NCBI GenBank assembly: GCA_037142195.1
Contig: JBAXBA010000003.1
Coordinates: 24,104 to 88,103, forward strand
Direction: 5' to 3'
Origin: Pseudomonadota bacterium
Lineage (GTDB): Bacteria; Bdellovibrionota_B; Oligoflexia; Oligoflexales; CAIMVM01
DNA length: 64,000 bases
Part shown: positions 38,407 through 48,782 of the stretch, piece after piece
Layout: each line of letters opens with the position of its first letter
Position numbering within the stretch: the first letter of the stretch is position 1
The notes under the pieces: model-generated
Database searches by the model: none
What the model was told of the DNA's origin: nothing
Seen by the model: only the letters and a program-made list of their open reading frames with translations
Translations under genes and position numbers: made by a program

Positions 38407-38748
38407 TTGAACACGGAGAACATGGTAAGCTACCTAGAAGGCCTTTGGGTAAATCCGCTCTATCAACTGACGTTTAAAAATACTCCTGAGGGAATATCGG
38501 GAGAACTTGTCGGCCCTCCCCCTTTTCGCGAAATCCTTGAAATAGATCCCCAATTCCAAGTTTTAAAAATCCATAAGGCAGACCAGTCTGAGCAGATTTT
38601 TTATAGATCTAAATTTTTAACGTTCGTGGACCCCGCATCTACACACTGGCACCAGATACGTTTTCTCACTTTAGAAGACCTCAGTATTGTTGCCACAAAT
38701 AGCTCAGGCAAAGAGGTCGCCATTCTAGATTTTAAGCGCTCTCTTTGA
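38407..38748 (+). CDS. Hypothetical protein
   Basis: 113-aa ORF with a ggagg RBS before a TTG start. Confidence 0.55.
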   Translation: MNTENMVSYLEGLWVNPLYQLTFKNTPEGISGELVGPPPFREILEIDPQFQVLKIHKADQSEQIFYRSKFLTFVDPASTHWHQIRFLTLEDLSIVATNSSGKEVAILDFKRSL

Positions 38749-39014
38749 TACGGGGAAGAATGGAATCTGAAACATCGATGGACTTAAGACTTCCCATGAG
38801 GATTTTCTGTCCCTCCCTCAAACAGTACTGGAGTGGTCATCCTCCCGGCTTAAATCCCTATCTTTAAAGAAGAGGACTTAATTTTTTGAACCAAAACGCA
38901 CCTCTAAAAATTTCTTTCCCTTCCATCCTTCCCTATTCCACATCTTTATTGATATTATAGGAAGACCGGCTCCCCCTAGATTGTATTTAACCTCTTTTAT
39001 TTGCGGAGGCATGC

Positions 39015-39863
39015 TTGAAAATTTCCCCCATTACAAAATTCCTTATTATGGGGCTCTTTTGCTGTGTGCTTTCTTTGGGCTGCAAGTCAACTTCCCTAGG
39101 CACCGCGTCAGTAGAGAAGGAAGGCGTTGATTCGACAAACTCAGCGGCTTTTTTTGCCTTTGACGGCACAGCCATTGTTTACGAAAATCATAGTACCGTC
39201 GTCACCATGATGGAAGAAGCTAACGCCCAGGGTTTCTATTACCAAGGCTCCAATGTCGAAGGATCCACTTTATTTGTGGATCTCTATAAAGCACTCGATC
39301 AGGTGTGTTTACTAGCAAAAAAGGGCAACTTAAAAAAAGTGTATGTTATGGGATACAGTCGAGGAGCGATGTCGGCCATTGCCTTTGTTCACCGCGCTTC
39401 CAAGCAATGCGGCACAAAAATCCCTTTCGCCTGGATTGGCCTTCTCGATCCCGTCAATACCAACGTCACGGGCGAAGAACTTCCCACGTATTTGCCCCCA
39501 GGCATGGAAACTCCCTGTTCGTTAGTCTATAAAGAGAAAACTTGGGAGCATTTCGTTACTACTGTAAAAATAGAGGGCTGCAATTCTGCTATTGTTGCCG
39601 TACCAGGCATTGGTCATATAAAAATGGCTGCAGACGCGCGCTCACGAGAAGCCTTAATGCGAAGCGCCGAATACCTCACCAATGGGGCGATCGGCTACGC
39701 CTCATATCTTAAAATTGCAGGCCCCGCTGAAAACAGCCTATTCCAACCCAAACCGGCGAAGTCAGAAAAAGACATGTTGTGCAAAACGAAACTCCAGGAT
39801 TCTGATGGTTGTCTCCAGTTGGGCTGCCAATACGACATCTTAGGTGGAATTTGCTTTGAATAG
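39015..39863 (+). CDS. Alpha/beta-hydrolase-like lipoprotein
   Basis: Lipobox LSLGC, VMGYSRG nucleophile elbow, LLDPV, GIGH, and a Cys-rich tail. Confidence 0.7.
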   Translation: MKISPITKFLIMGLFCCVLSLGCKSTSLGTASVEKEGVDSTNSAAFFAFDGTAIVYENHSTVVTMMEEANAQGFYYQGSNVEGSTLFVDLYKALDQVCLLAKKGNLKKVYVMGYSRGAMSAIAFVHRASKQCGTKIPFAWIGLLDPVNTNVTGEELPTYLPPGMETPCSLVYKEKTWEHFVTTVKIEGCNSAIVAVPGIGHIKMAADARSREALMRSAEYLTNGAIGYASYLKIAGPAENSLFQPKPAKSEKDMLCKTKLQDSDGCLQLGCQYDILGGICFE

Positions 39864-40304
39864 CAAATAGGGCCTTAAGGTATGACAATTTGCTCCTTCC
39901 CTTCCTGATTCCTTTTCTAAATAGCTTTCTAGCCTCTCGCTGGGAACTGTTTGCACTATGACGCAAATTCATGGATAGAAAGCAAAACAAAAGACTTTTT
40001 TTGAGCTTCCTAAGCTGGCCTTTGGATTGGAAACAATTAACAAAAAAACAGCACTTTGGAATCCGTTCGCTCCCGTGGCCCTCAAGCCCAGTGAGTTTTG
40101 AGTCAAGGAAACTGAAGCTCGATAGTTTGAGACCCCAGTCGTCCTCATCAGATAAATCGTCATGTTGCTTTCTTGATCATACATTCGGAAATAGCAACCT
40201 GCCAAAGAACTAGAAATCTGGTGGTGTAATTTGGAGCCCTTCGCTATAGTAAGCCCGAGACACTCGAGACCTAAGCCCTAGAATCGCCAAGGAAGAACTT
40301 AAGG

Positions 40305-41003
40305 ATGGATGCAAGAACCTATTGGAACGACTTCTACAGCGTGCAAAAAAAAACACAAAGCAGCCAAGCTCCCTCAGAATTTCTTAAGGCTGTCTGCGGC
40401 CGTCTCACGAAAGGTCTCACTCTTGATCTGGCCATGGGAACCGGAACCAATGCGGGATATCTCGCCCAAAATGGATTTACAGTTCGCGGGTTTGATGTCT
40501 CTGATATAGCCATCGAGATCGCCTTGGAGCGAGCAAAACAGTTAGAAATCGCCCTGGAAGCAAAACGCTGTGATCTAGATCTCCATGTTTTTGGACTGAT
40601 GGAGTATGACTCCATTATAATGATGGACTTTAAACCTAGTATCACTCGCTACTATTCGGAAATGATTCGTTCGTTAAAACAAGGCGGCACTCTCGTTGTG
40701 GAAGCACCTATGATTTCAGAAATGAAGGAAGCCATAGGCAAGGATGAAGCATATAAAGACATTTACTTTCATAGCAATGAAATTCTTAGGGAATTAAGCA
40801 AAGAATTGAGAATCCTATTTTACAATGAAGCCATCGTCTCGGGAAAGCATGTCGTTCAATGTCTCGCGATGAAACCCATAGATCGAGACGCCCAGAAGTA
40901 CAACCTTTTCAACCTTGCCTCAACACCAAATGCGGAATCATCTAGATCCTCTAAGCAGCTGGAGCTAGCCGAAAAGCTTTTTTCATCAAGCAACAAGAAA
41001 TAA
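40305..41003 (+). CDS. Class I SAM-dependent methyltransferase (TehB-like)
   Basis: LDLAMGTGTNA, GFDVS and LKQGG motifs. Confidence 0.88.
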   Translation: MDARTYWNDFYSVQKKTQSSQAPSEFLKAVCGRLTKGLTLDLAMGTGTNAGYLAQNGFTVRGFDVSDIAIEIALERAKQLEIALEAKRCDLDLHVFGLMEYDSIIMMDFKPSITRYYSEMIRSLKQGGTLVVEAPMISEMKEAIGKDEAYKDIYFHSNEILRELSKELRILFYNEAIVSGKHVVQCLAMKPIDRDAQKYNLFNLASTPNAESSRSSKQLELAEKLFSSSNKK

Positions 41004-41044
41004 CACAGCCTCTCAAAGAAAACGCCGTAAAGAGAGCTTGAGAG

Positions 41045-41098
<54 letters not shown>

Positions 41099-41111
41099 CT
41101 CAAGCCTTCAT

Positions 41112-41900
41112 CTACTTGGACTTGCCATGAAACCTTTTAATAGATGACTTTTTTCTCTTTTTTGTCTTGTTATGAGTTCGACTTAAAAAACTTAAATCTT
41201 CTTTAGGCACATGGATCACAAGATTTTTAACTTGCTTATTGGTTTTGGGCAAATAGTTCATATGGGGCACTCTCAGCGATCTAAAAGCGCACATCAATGA
41301 GGCGGCAGTGAATAGGTGCCAAACAAAGTGCGAACCCACTATAAATCGAAAACAGATGGCAGGATCTGCCATACGTGCCACTAAAGCAAAACCAAAAAGT
41401 ATCAACGACAAAAAGAGCCATCGCCTCACCTCATGTCTTTCACGATAGGCCAAAACGGTCAGCCCTAGGCCGACACCGAAGTAAGCTTGAGATCCATTAT
41501 AAACAGGGTCATCCAGAAATCGCACTGCAAGCACAGAGGAGCCAACGACACCTAAAAGACCTAAAATCGCAACCCAATGACGAGATTTCAGGATTCTCAC
41601 CTGATAGTAAAAGAGAAAAGTAAAAATCAAGATAGCAATGGGTAGAACATCCATGGCCTGTGCCCAGCGCGTAGCAAAGGCATGAAACATCATGGACCCG
41701 ACGCCCACTAAAAAAGCTAAAATCCCAAGCACCTTTTCTGTGCTTCTTCTAGACCTTCGGTACTGCCAAATACCAATCAAAATGAAGGGTATATTGGAAA
41801 AGAGGTTAAAGGGCTCCATAAACAGCCCAGGAGCCAAGCGCTCGCAATATTGATCCACATAGGCCATGGGATCGATCGGAAAGGAACTTAAAATACTCAT
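41112..41900 (-). CDS. Ceramidase-domain (CREST superfamily) membrane protein
   Basis: YCER...EPFNLFSN, GVGSMMFH, D..PI and GSHFVWH motifs. About 7 TM segments and a Lys-rich tail. Confidence 0.85.
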   Translation of the reverse strand: MSILSSFPIDPMAYVDQYCERLAPGLFMEPFNLFSNIPFILIGIWQYRRSRRSTEKVLGILAFLVGVGSMMFHAFATRWAQAMDVLPIAILIFTFLFYYQVRILKSRHWVAILGLLGVVGSSVLAVRFLDDPVYNGSQAYFGVGLGLTVLAYRERHEVRRWLFLSLILFGFALVARMADPAICFRFIVGSHFVWHLFTAASLMCAFRSLRVPHMNYLPKTNKQVKNLVIHVPKEDLSFLSRTHNKTKKRKKSSIKRFHGKSK

Positions 41901-43000
41901 TTTATGTCCAAATAGCTTAGCGGAATAGGATCAGGCTTCAATCTAAAGTCATAGCTTTTATATTTTGATAAATCAGGCGCGCCACCTCGCTTCCAAGCTT
42001 CATACCAAATGGTAGCTAGGACATCGGCACCATATGCAAAGCGCACTTTAAGAAATGGCCTGAAGCCAACTACTGCTACCTGAGGAGCCTTACGCTCGGC
42101 CATAACTTTAAGTCCCGACGCATCCGAAGAAGGCTTAGTAAGGGCAAACTTCCGATCGAGTTTATACATTTGGCCCAAAGCCGAATAACTATTGAGCGCT
42201 AATGCTGTAACATACTCCACGTAAGTACTAGAATGATTCTTTTCCACAAGTGACTGAGCTGGCTGTTGACGAATCGCATAATCTTTAACTTCGTCATAGA
42301 AACCAAAATTCAGTTGATCTACCAAGAGATCTTCAAAATAATAATGCAGACCTCCAAGTCCCACAGCATAAGCGTCATAATCTGAAGACGTATGAAGAGG
42401 CATCGACATATCGCCCACATAGTGCGATAGAAGGCCACCATAAAACAAAGCGTCATCAACAGCAGCTTTAAACTGAGCCTCATCACCATGGGAATTCTGA
42501 ACTTCTTTTGCTTTTACAAAGCTAGACTCCATGCCTAATGCGAGCTGTTCGATGCGCCAAGGAGCAGATCCAATGGTTTGCATGATATCTCGAGGCGTGC
42601 TTTTACCGTCACAACTCAGGGTAGAGTTCACCTCTGGAAACTTACAAAATGCGTTAGCTTGAGCAAGAACATCTGCGAGTGTCTTTGGAAAGGATTTCAC
42701 TTGTAAATCGGCCTTTATCAGATCCACATCGTAAAAATGAGCGGTATCCAAAACTTTTCGTTCTTCCCGCGATAAACTCTTCCAATAAATATCAGGTATA
42801 TTTGCCAAATGAGCTAACATTTCCGTTCTTGAAAATAACGGAGTGACAAACTTGGGATCTTTATAACGTTGCGCTGCAATTCTCGTTGCTGTAACGGTCA
42901 ATGCGTCGTGCCCTCGGTTTCCCCATGCCATGGCTTGGGAAGCTGCTAGCGCATAACAAACGACAGCTGCAGTAGAAATCTGGTTCCTTAAAAAGTTCAA
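41897..43000 (-). CDS. Secreted zinc-dependent S1/P1 nuclease / phospholipase C superfamily protein
   Basis: Signal peptide ending AMA then WGNRGH, plus PD, HFYD, SHYVGDMSMPLH and LHYYFE zinc ligands. Confidence 0.85.
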   Translation of the reverse strand: MNFLRNQISTAAVVCYALAASQAMAWGNRGHDALTVTATRIAAQRYKDPKFVTPLFSRTEMLAHLANIPDIYWKSLSREERKVLDTAHFYDVDLIKADLQVKSFPKTLADVLAQANAFCKFPEVNSTLSCDGKSTPRDIMQTIGSAPWRIEQLALGMESSFVKAKEVQNSHGDEAQFKAAVDDALFYGGLLSHYVGDMSMPLHTSSDYDAYAVGLGGLHYYFEDLLVDQLNFGFYDEVKDYAIRQQPAQSLVEKNHSSTYVEYVTALALNSYSALGQMYKLDRKFALTKPSSDASGLKVMAERKAPQVAVVGFRPFLKVRFAYGADVLATIWYEAWKRGGAPDLSKYKSYDFRLKPDPIPLSYLDIK

Positions 43001-43172
43001 AGCTCGCCCCCCTTTTTATGCTAACCACAAAAACACGGCATCTCGTCTATGGGATTTTCATCAATCAAAATGATCGAAAAATCATATAGTAATTTTGAAA
43101 ATCTATCCAGGCATAAATAAATGAGACTCATGGGCCCTTTTTTGCGCCGCCCCCGTCGTTGAAAGAAGCGAT

Positions 43173-43238
43173 TTGAACGAGGCGCCTTGAAAGAGACAGT
43201 CTGAAAGAGACAGTTTGAAAGAGGCGCTTTAAAAGAGA
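43173..43238. repeat. 14-bp degenerate tandem repeat, ~4.7 copies
   Basis: ttgaacgaggcgcc / ttgaaagagacagt / ctgaaagagacagt / ttgaaagaggcgct / ttaaaagaga. Confidence 0.75.
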
Positions 43239-43450
43239 ATCAGGCCGGAGCCAACCAGGGAAACGAGACCCTCATCGCAACGCCCAAGGAATATCTGAGC
43301 CTAGAAACAAGATTACACAGAGAGACACTACTTTAAAGGACCTCAGTTCCATTCTGACGCCATCATGTCCATAAGGATCATGTGCCTAAAAAAGAACAAG
43401 ATCCTAGTTCCTTTTCGAGTCACGCCTCCCCGACGATAGTGCCCAGGCGA

Positions 43451-44221
43451 TTAAAAAACTTTTCCAATTTTAAGTGACAGTTGGCTGTGGAGGGGGGTTG
43501 GCATCCTAGTTAGAAACCAGCCATTGCGCCACTCCCATTCTGAAGCTCTGCTGTGATAGTGAGACACTTTTAAGGCATAGGCAGTAAGCGCCTGTTCTAA
43601 ATCATCACCTAAACTCATTTTTTTAGTACTCTCAAAGACACTTTGAAGTTCAGACAAAAGTATCTGAAATTCAGAACGATGCTGATCTAAGATTTGTCCA
43701 ACATCTTTCTGGTAAACTTGCCCTAATAGACCAAATACAGAGTTCCAAATAAGCTTTCTGCCCATTTCTTTTTGAAACTCCTCTGGAGTCACAACTTTTG
43801 CGCCAATCTTAGCCTCTTGCAATACAGAAACCAGCCAAGGAGCATAAGCTCCACAAAAAACAGAACCGCCGCCATCGACGACGTCTCCGCCCTTCGACTC
43901 AATGGCAAAGTAGAGAATGCCGCGAGTGGAATCCTGCATTCCCAGAGAGTCTAAAAGGGAATCGATCATGCCATTTTGTAGGAATATAAGATCTTGTCGT
44001 CTTTCTATAGGAGTTCTTAAAATGACACCCTCAAGATCATTATTTCGAACACAGACCAAAATAGGGCCTGTCGACTGCAATTCTCCATGCTGTCTTGTGA
44101 CGACGGAAGCCTCAGTGAGATTGGCCAAAAAAGTTCCAATTCTACCACCACCCACAACCGTCACGTGCTCAAAGCTTATAGCTATTTTTGATTTGGCAAA
44201 CTCTGATGGACTCTGTATCAT
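43451..44221 (-). CDS. Ketopantoate-reductase-like Rossmann-fold protein
   Basis: VVGGGRIG, GPILVCVRNNDL, DLIFLQNGM and KLIWNS motifs. Confidence 0.7.
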   Translation of the reverse strand: MIQSPSEFAKSKIAISFEHVTVVGGGRIGTFLANLTEASVVTRQHGELQSTGPILVCVRNNDLEGVILRTPIERRQDLIFLQNGMIDSLLDSLGMQDSTRGILYFAIESKGGDVVDGGGSVFCGAYAPWLVSVLQEAKIGAKVVTPEEFQKEMGRKLIWNSVFGLLGQVYQKDVGQILDQHRSEFQILLSELQSVFESTKKMSLGDDLEQALTAYALKVSHYHSRASEWEWRNGWFLTRMPTPLHSQLSLKIGKVF

Positions 44222-44247
44222 GGCTTTGTCTCGCTAGGATTTGAAAA

Positions 44248-46614
44248 ATGCCTCATAGCTCTATATATATTAAAGGAATGTCCTGTCAAGGTTGTGTAAA
44301 AACTGTTTCAGAAGCCCTAAAAAAAGTCCCCCATATCTCTGCCGCCTCCGTGGATCTCGCTTCAGGAATGGCCAGCTTTGACTTTCAAGAACCTCTTCAC
44401 GCTCAAGACATCCTACAAGAATTAGAAAAAGCAGGAAAGAGCCCTGAGATTCAAGATACGATCTTTAATGTTGAAGGCATGACTTGTTCAAATTGTGCTG
44501 AAGTGGTTAGAAAAGCTCTTGAGCTCAATACCCGAGTCTTAAGAGCGGATGTTTCCCTAGCTGCAGGTTTAGTTAAAGTGCAAAGCATCAAGGGACTCAC
44601 CTTAGATCTACTGCCCAATTTGGCTGGGACAAGATACAAACTCACTCTTAGGTCCACATCCTCTAGCACAGAGTCAAGTTCCATGCCCTTCGATCTAAAG
44701 ATAGGTATCCTCGCAACGGCTCCACTATTTCTACTCTCGATGGCCCATGATTTTAATCTGATGGAGGCCTTCACAAACCAGCCCTTCTTTCCTTGGCTAT
44801 TAGGAATTCTCGGCACCACCGTCCAATTTACAACTGGCCTGGGCTACTATCGCGGCGCTTACGTTTCCCTAAAGATGAAATCAAGCAATATGGATGTCCT
44901 TATTGCTTTAGGGTCTTCTGTCGCTTGGGGAATTTCCATCGCCGTACTTTTAGGATTTACCACGGAAGGCCATCTCTATTTTGAATCTGCGGCGATCATT
45001 TTAACCCTCGTCCGCTTAGGTAAATGGATAGAAGAAAAGCTACGACTCAAGGCACAGAGTGATTTGAAAAGCCTGTTTGAATTGTCATCTAAAGATGCTT
45101 TAGCTTTGATTGACGGTAAATACACCCATTTGCCAATAGCTTCGATAGTGCCAGGAACCATCCTTCGCGTTGCAGCCGGAGAAAAAATCCCACTCGATAG
45201 CACTATCATCTCGGGAACAACGTCACTCAGTGAATCCATGCTCACAGGTGAAAATACTCCCGTTAAAAAAAGCGTTGGCGATTTAGTTTTTGGCGGCACG
45301 ATTAACCTAAGCTTTACCATTGAAGTAAAGGCCAATAAAGGTAGCGAGGACGGGGTACTCGCTGAAATTATTAGACAAGTGATTGCAGCCCAATCCTCCA
45401 AAGGACGATTAGGAGACTTGGCGGATAGAATCTCTCGAATTTTTGTCCCCGTGATTCTGTTGATAGCGGCAGCAACCCTGATCACCTGGCTTCTCTCGGG
45501 AGCAAGTCCCTCCTACGCTTTTATGCGAGCTGCCGCTGTCCTCGTGGTTGCATGCCCATGCGCTCTAGGACTGGCCACACCGACTGCACTTATAGTGGGC
45601 GTATCACAAGCTGCGAAGGAAGGTATTTTAGTCCGAGATCTCCAACAAATGGAAAGCCTGGGGCATTCGAAGACTTTATTGTTTGATAAAACGGGAACTT
45701 TGACGGAAGGCCTTTTTCAAGTGACCGGACAAACAAACATTTCAGATGATGAGTGGGCTCTGTTTTCTAGTTTAGAATCTTACAGCAAGCACCCTATAGC
45801 TGCTGCAATTAGCCAGCACCACAAGACTCGCGTGGATTTCGAGCAAGTTCAGGAGCATCCTGGCCTCGGGATAGAAGGCTTCTTTAATAAACAACTCTAC
45901 CAGGCTGGGTCGCCCCATTGGGCCCTGTCAATGGGCGTACCTGAGTCAGAGCTTTTATGGTCTCTGGAACAAGGAAACCTAGGGCGTAGTGTGGTTGTCT
46001 TTTTTTCCTCAAAGAAGTGCCTTGGCTCCGTATGCTTAAGCGATAAAATTCGCCCAGAAGCGCGAGGGATCATTGCTGAGCTCCAAGCTTCAGGCATTGA
46101 GCCTGTGATTATAAGTGGCGATCAAGAATCCGTAGTAAAAGAAACGGCTCAGGAGCTTCATATCACCAAGTATTTCTTTTCCGTAACTCCAAAGGAAAAG
46201 CTTGCCATTGTCAAAAGCCTTCCACCACCTGTGGCCATGGTTGGAGACGGACTCAATGATGCGCCTGCACTCAGCGCAGCCAGTGCTGGAATTGCCGTTT
46301 CCACAGGCTCCGATTTAGCCAAAGATGCCTCTGGAATTGTTTTGTTTGGTGGCGGGATTGCCAAGATTTCTAGACTCATTAAGATTTCCAAGGCTACCGT
46401 AAGTACGGTAAAGCAAAATCTTTGGTGGGCATTCGGCTACAATTTACTATTAATTCCCATCGCAACAGGGGCCTTTATCAGCGTTCAGATTCTGCCACAG
46501 ATGGTTCGAGAACTTGACCCCATGCTTGCTGCCATCGCAATGTCGGCGAGCTCATTGAGCGTGCTAGCTAATTCCCTTTTGTTGAAAGCGAAACTTAAAA
46601 AGGATTCTATTTAG
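44248..46614 (+). CDS. copA: Copper-translocating P1B-type ATPase
   Basis: Two GMxCxxC HMA domains, TGEN, CPCALGLATP, DKTGT, HP, GDGLND and YN/MSASS TM ligands. Confidence 0.95.
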   Translation: MPHSSIYIKGMSCQGCVKTVSEALKKVPHISAASVDLASGMASFDFQEPLHAQDILQELEKAGKSPEIQDTIFNVEGMTCSNCAEVVRKALELNTRVLRADVSLAAGLVKVQSIKGLTLDLLPNLAGTRYKLTLRSTSSSTESSSMPFDLKIGILATAPLFLLSMAHDFNLMEAFTNQPFFPWLLGILGTTVQFTTGLGYYRGAYVSLKMKSSNMDVLIALGSSVAWGISIAVLLGFTTEGHLYFESAAIILTLVRLGKWIEEKLRLKAQSDLKSLFELSSKDALALIDGKYTHLPIASIVPGTILRVAAGEKIPLDSTIISGTTSLSESMLTGENTPVKKSVGDLVFGGTINLSFTIEVKANKGSEDGVLAEIIRQVIAAQSSKGRLGDLADRISRIFVPVILLIAAATLITWLLSGASPSYAFMRAAAVLVVACPCALGLATPTALIVGVSQAAKEGILVRDLQQMESLGHSKTLLFDKTGTLTEGLFQVTGQTNISDDEWALFSSLESYSKHPIAAAISQHHKTRVDFEQVQEHPGLGIEGFFNKQLYQAGSPHWALSMGVPESELLWSLEQGNLGRSVVVFFSSKKCLGSVCLSDKIRPEARGIIAELQASGIEPVIISGDQESVVKETAQELHITKYFFSVTPKEKLAIVKSLPPPVAMVGDGLNDAPALSAASAGIAVSTGSDLAKDASGIVLFGGGIAKISRLIKISKATVSTVKQNLWWAFGYNLLLIPIATGAFISVQILPQMVRELDPMLAAIAMSASSLSVLANSLLLKAKLKKDSI

Positions 46615-47094
46615 CTTACCAAGATCAGCCTGATAGGTTGCCGTTCCCCACTTATTCCTTTGCCTGCCAGACACCACACTCAGAACGCAGACAATCGTAA
46701 AACAGAAGACAGGAATCCCAGCGCCGATGCTACGATCATGAAGGCCGATCAACACGCTAATTCGATTCAAAGACTTAAAAATTTCTTACGCTTTGCCTTG
46801 CGCCAAACATCGCCAAAATTTTATTGCCACTGAAATGTTCTCCGAGTGTACTAACACGAGCCGGATGAGTTGAAAGCCTCAATTCTGGATCAGTAAACGC
46901 CTGAGGACGACCCCCTCGGAATCAGCCGAGCTTCTACATAGGATTTACAAACTTACTTTAATGCAACATTCTGGTGAGCTGAAGAGTAGTTTCTTTAAAA
47001 AACACTCACCTAGCAAATGGATATCCAAGGCATTTAGTCCGAAATGTCTTTGCTAGCCGCAAGGCCCACGCAACGCGAGGGAAACTTCCAACCA

Positions 47095-47448
47095 TTAATC
47101 ATTGCTAGCTTTGCGCAGATCAAAAACTCCGGCTTGAACTAGCTTTTTCACCTCTTGAGTGTGGACCAACTGCCCAGTTACGTACAGATGGATGATATGG
47201 TTGATGAGCGTTTGATAGGGCATACCTCCTTCATCGGCCATAAGGCGAATGGCTTCGAGATCATCCTCATTCATGCGAATATTGGCGCGCGCACCTTTAA
47301 TTTCACCCAAAGCAGAGTTAGCAGCATCGCGAATTTTTTTCTGCCTAGCTGAAGTGGGACGTTTCATTTTTTTGAAGTCTAAAGCATTCAAAATGCTTTG
47401 CTCATTGGCATCAAGTTTGTCTGATTTTGATTTAATCTTAGATTTCAT
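47095..47448 (-). CDS. CopG/BrnA-like ribbon-helix-helix antitoxin
   Basis: RANIRM...DLEAIRLMADEGGMPYQTLI motif, located 3 bp downstream of the toxin-like gene. Confidence 0.8.
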   Translation of the reverse strand: MKSKIKSKSDKLDANEQSILNALDFKKMKRPTSARQKKIRDAANSALGEIKGARANIRMNEDDLEAIRLMADEGGMPYQTLINHIIHLYVTGQLVHTQEVKKLVQAGVFDLRKASND

Positions 47449-47451
47449 TAT

Positions 47452-47697
47452 CTACCTCTTGTATTTTCGAGCTGGAAACACAGTGATCAACCAACAAATA
47501 TCACCCCTCATTTCATATGGTATAACATGCGGATAATCATCAATTTCAATAACAAAAATTCGCTGGCGTGGGTGCACAGGATTCTCATCATCAAGGAGGA
47601 GAATATTGTGAGCTAAGGCATTGACCGCATCTTCAAAGCTTGGGCGTCACTTTTCAGCTAATTCGATATTCTTCTTTTTGTCCCATTGAAACCTCAT
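47452..47697 (-). pseudogene. BrnT/DUF4258-like toxin with an in-frame TGA at codon 17
   Basis: Manual translation gives MRFQWDKKKNIELAEK*RPSFEDAVNALAHNILLLDDENPVHPRQRIFVIEIDDYPHVIPYEMRGDICWLITVFPARKYKR. The stop is at 47647-47649. Confidence 0.8.
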
Positions 47698-47754
47698 TAC
47701 TTCAATCCTGTCATATTGTTTTTCAAAAGAATATTTTAAACAGCCTGACACAGT

Positions 47755-47766
47755 CAATGTACATTG
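47755..47766. promoter_or_regulatory. Palindromic candidate operator of the TA module
   Basis: Perfect palindrome CAATGTACATTG overlapping a minus-strand TTGACT about 60 bp upstream of the toxin ATG. Confidence 0.45.
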
Positions 47767-48782
47767 TGCACCATTTGCCGTTTGAAGTAAAGCTACACCT
47801 TCCTAATCCCGAAGCGCGACATTTGCTAACCATTGCATGGTATGCCCATGAATATTGGATCTACCTTCAGCCGCAAACTGAATGGCAACCATATGATAGA
47901 ATGGCATTGTATGACTTGGTCAGGCGCTATTCCTCCCGCCTGTTTGGGAGACTCTAGGCTAGGCATCTAGTGCAGCGAGCTGGGCGGCTAAATTTAGCAA
48001 AATACGAGACTTTAGTTCTTCTCCTCTGACTAACACCTTTAAAAACAAGTTTAAGTGGTCTTTAATGAGATCCTATTTTTCTGGTTCTAATTTTTCTACG
48101 GCGGCGAAAGCAGAGCCTTGCCGCCCGCAATCTAACCCGAAACGAGATCTTCTATCCCAACATATCAACTTTCCTAATCCACAACAAAAGGTATTTCCTT
48201 TGAAATTTGGTAGATTTGAAACTTGCCCAGGGAGATGAGCGATCTGGATATTTGGAGACTTTCCAAAGGATCAACCTGCATCGAAAAATTGGGAAACCGA
48301 CGGCAAGCTAAGGTGCACAAGTTAGCATAGTTTGATTTGGCGGAGGAATAGGATGAGTCTTTAAATACTGCAATACTCCCTTAAATTGCAGGAAAATGTT
48401 TTGAGATCGCAAAGGTGGACTTATTCTCCAGTTCCCATACGGTGAGCTAAAACAACTTAATTTAGAGAAGTTTGGCCGCATCTCTAGGCGTTATCTTTTG
48501 GCTGATGGTTGCTTTATCGTTTTCTCATAGGGGCATCAAAAAATCTTCAAATTATTAACGCGGTCCGATCAAACGGCTGATTCCTTAGGAAGGTATGCCC
48601 CATCTGCTCGGCAATAAATACCTCTAATGTTTAAACTTCAATCCCCTACCCTTTAAACCATACAGTACCTACCGGGTAATTTTTGATACTTGCCATTAAC
48701 ATGCTGACATTAGAACATGAAAGAGTCTCCATCGAAGGACTGAATTATAAAAGCGCAGCGAAACATCTTATGGTTCACCCGG

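Noticed and set aside
47647..47649. TGA recoding (genetic code 4/25 or selenocysteine)
   Set aside because: Many intact genes in the window end at TGA and none needs TGA readthrough. No Cys-like context or SECIS hairpin is evident.
47770..48700. Possible degraded gene next to the TA module
   Set aside because: The frames are fragmentary with multiple stops, and no homology is recognisable by eye.
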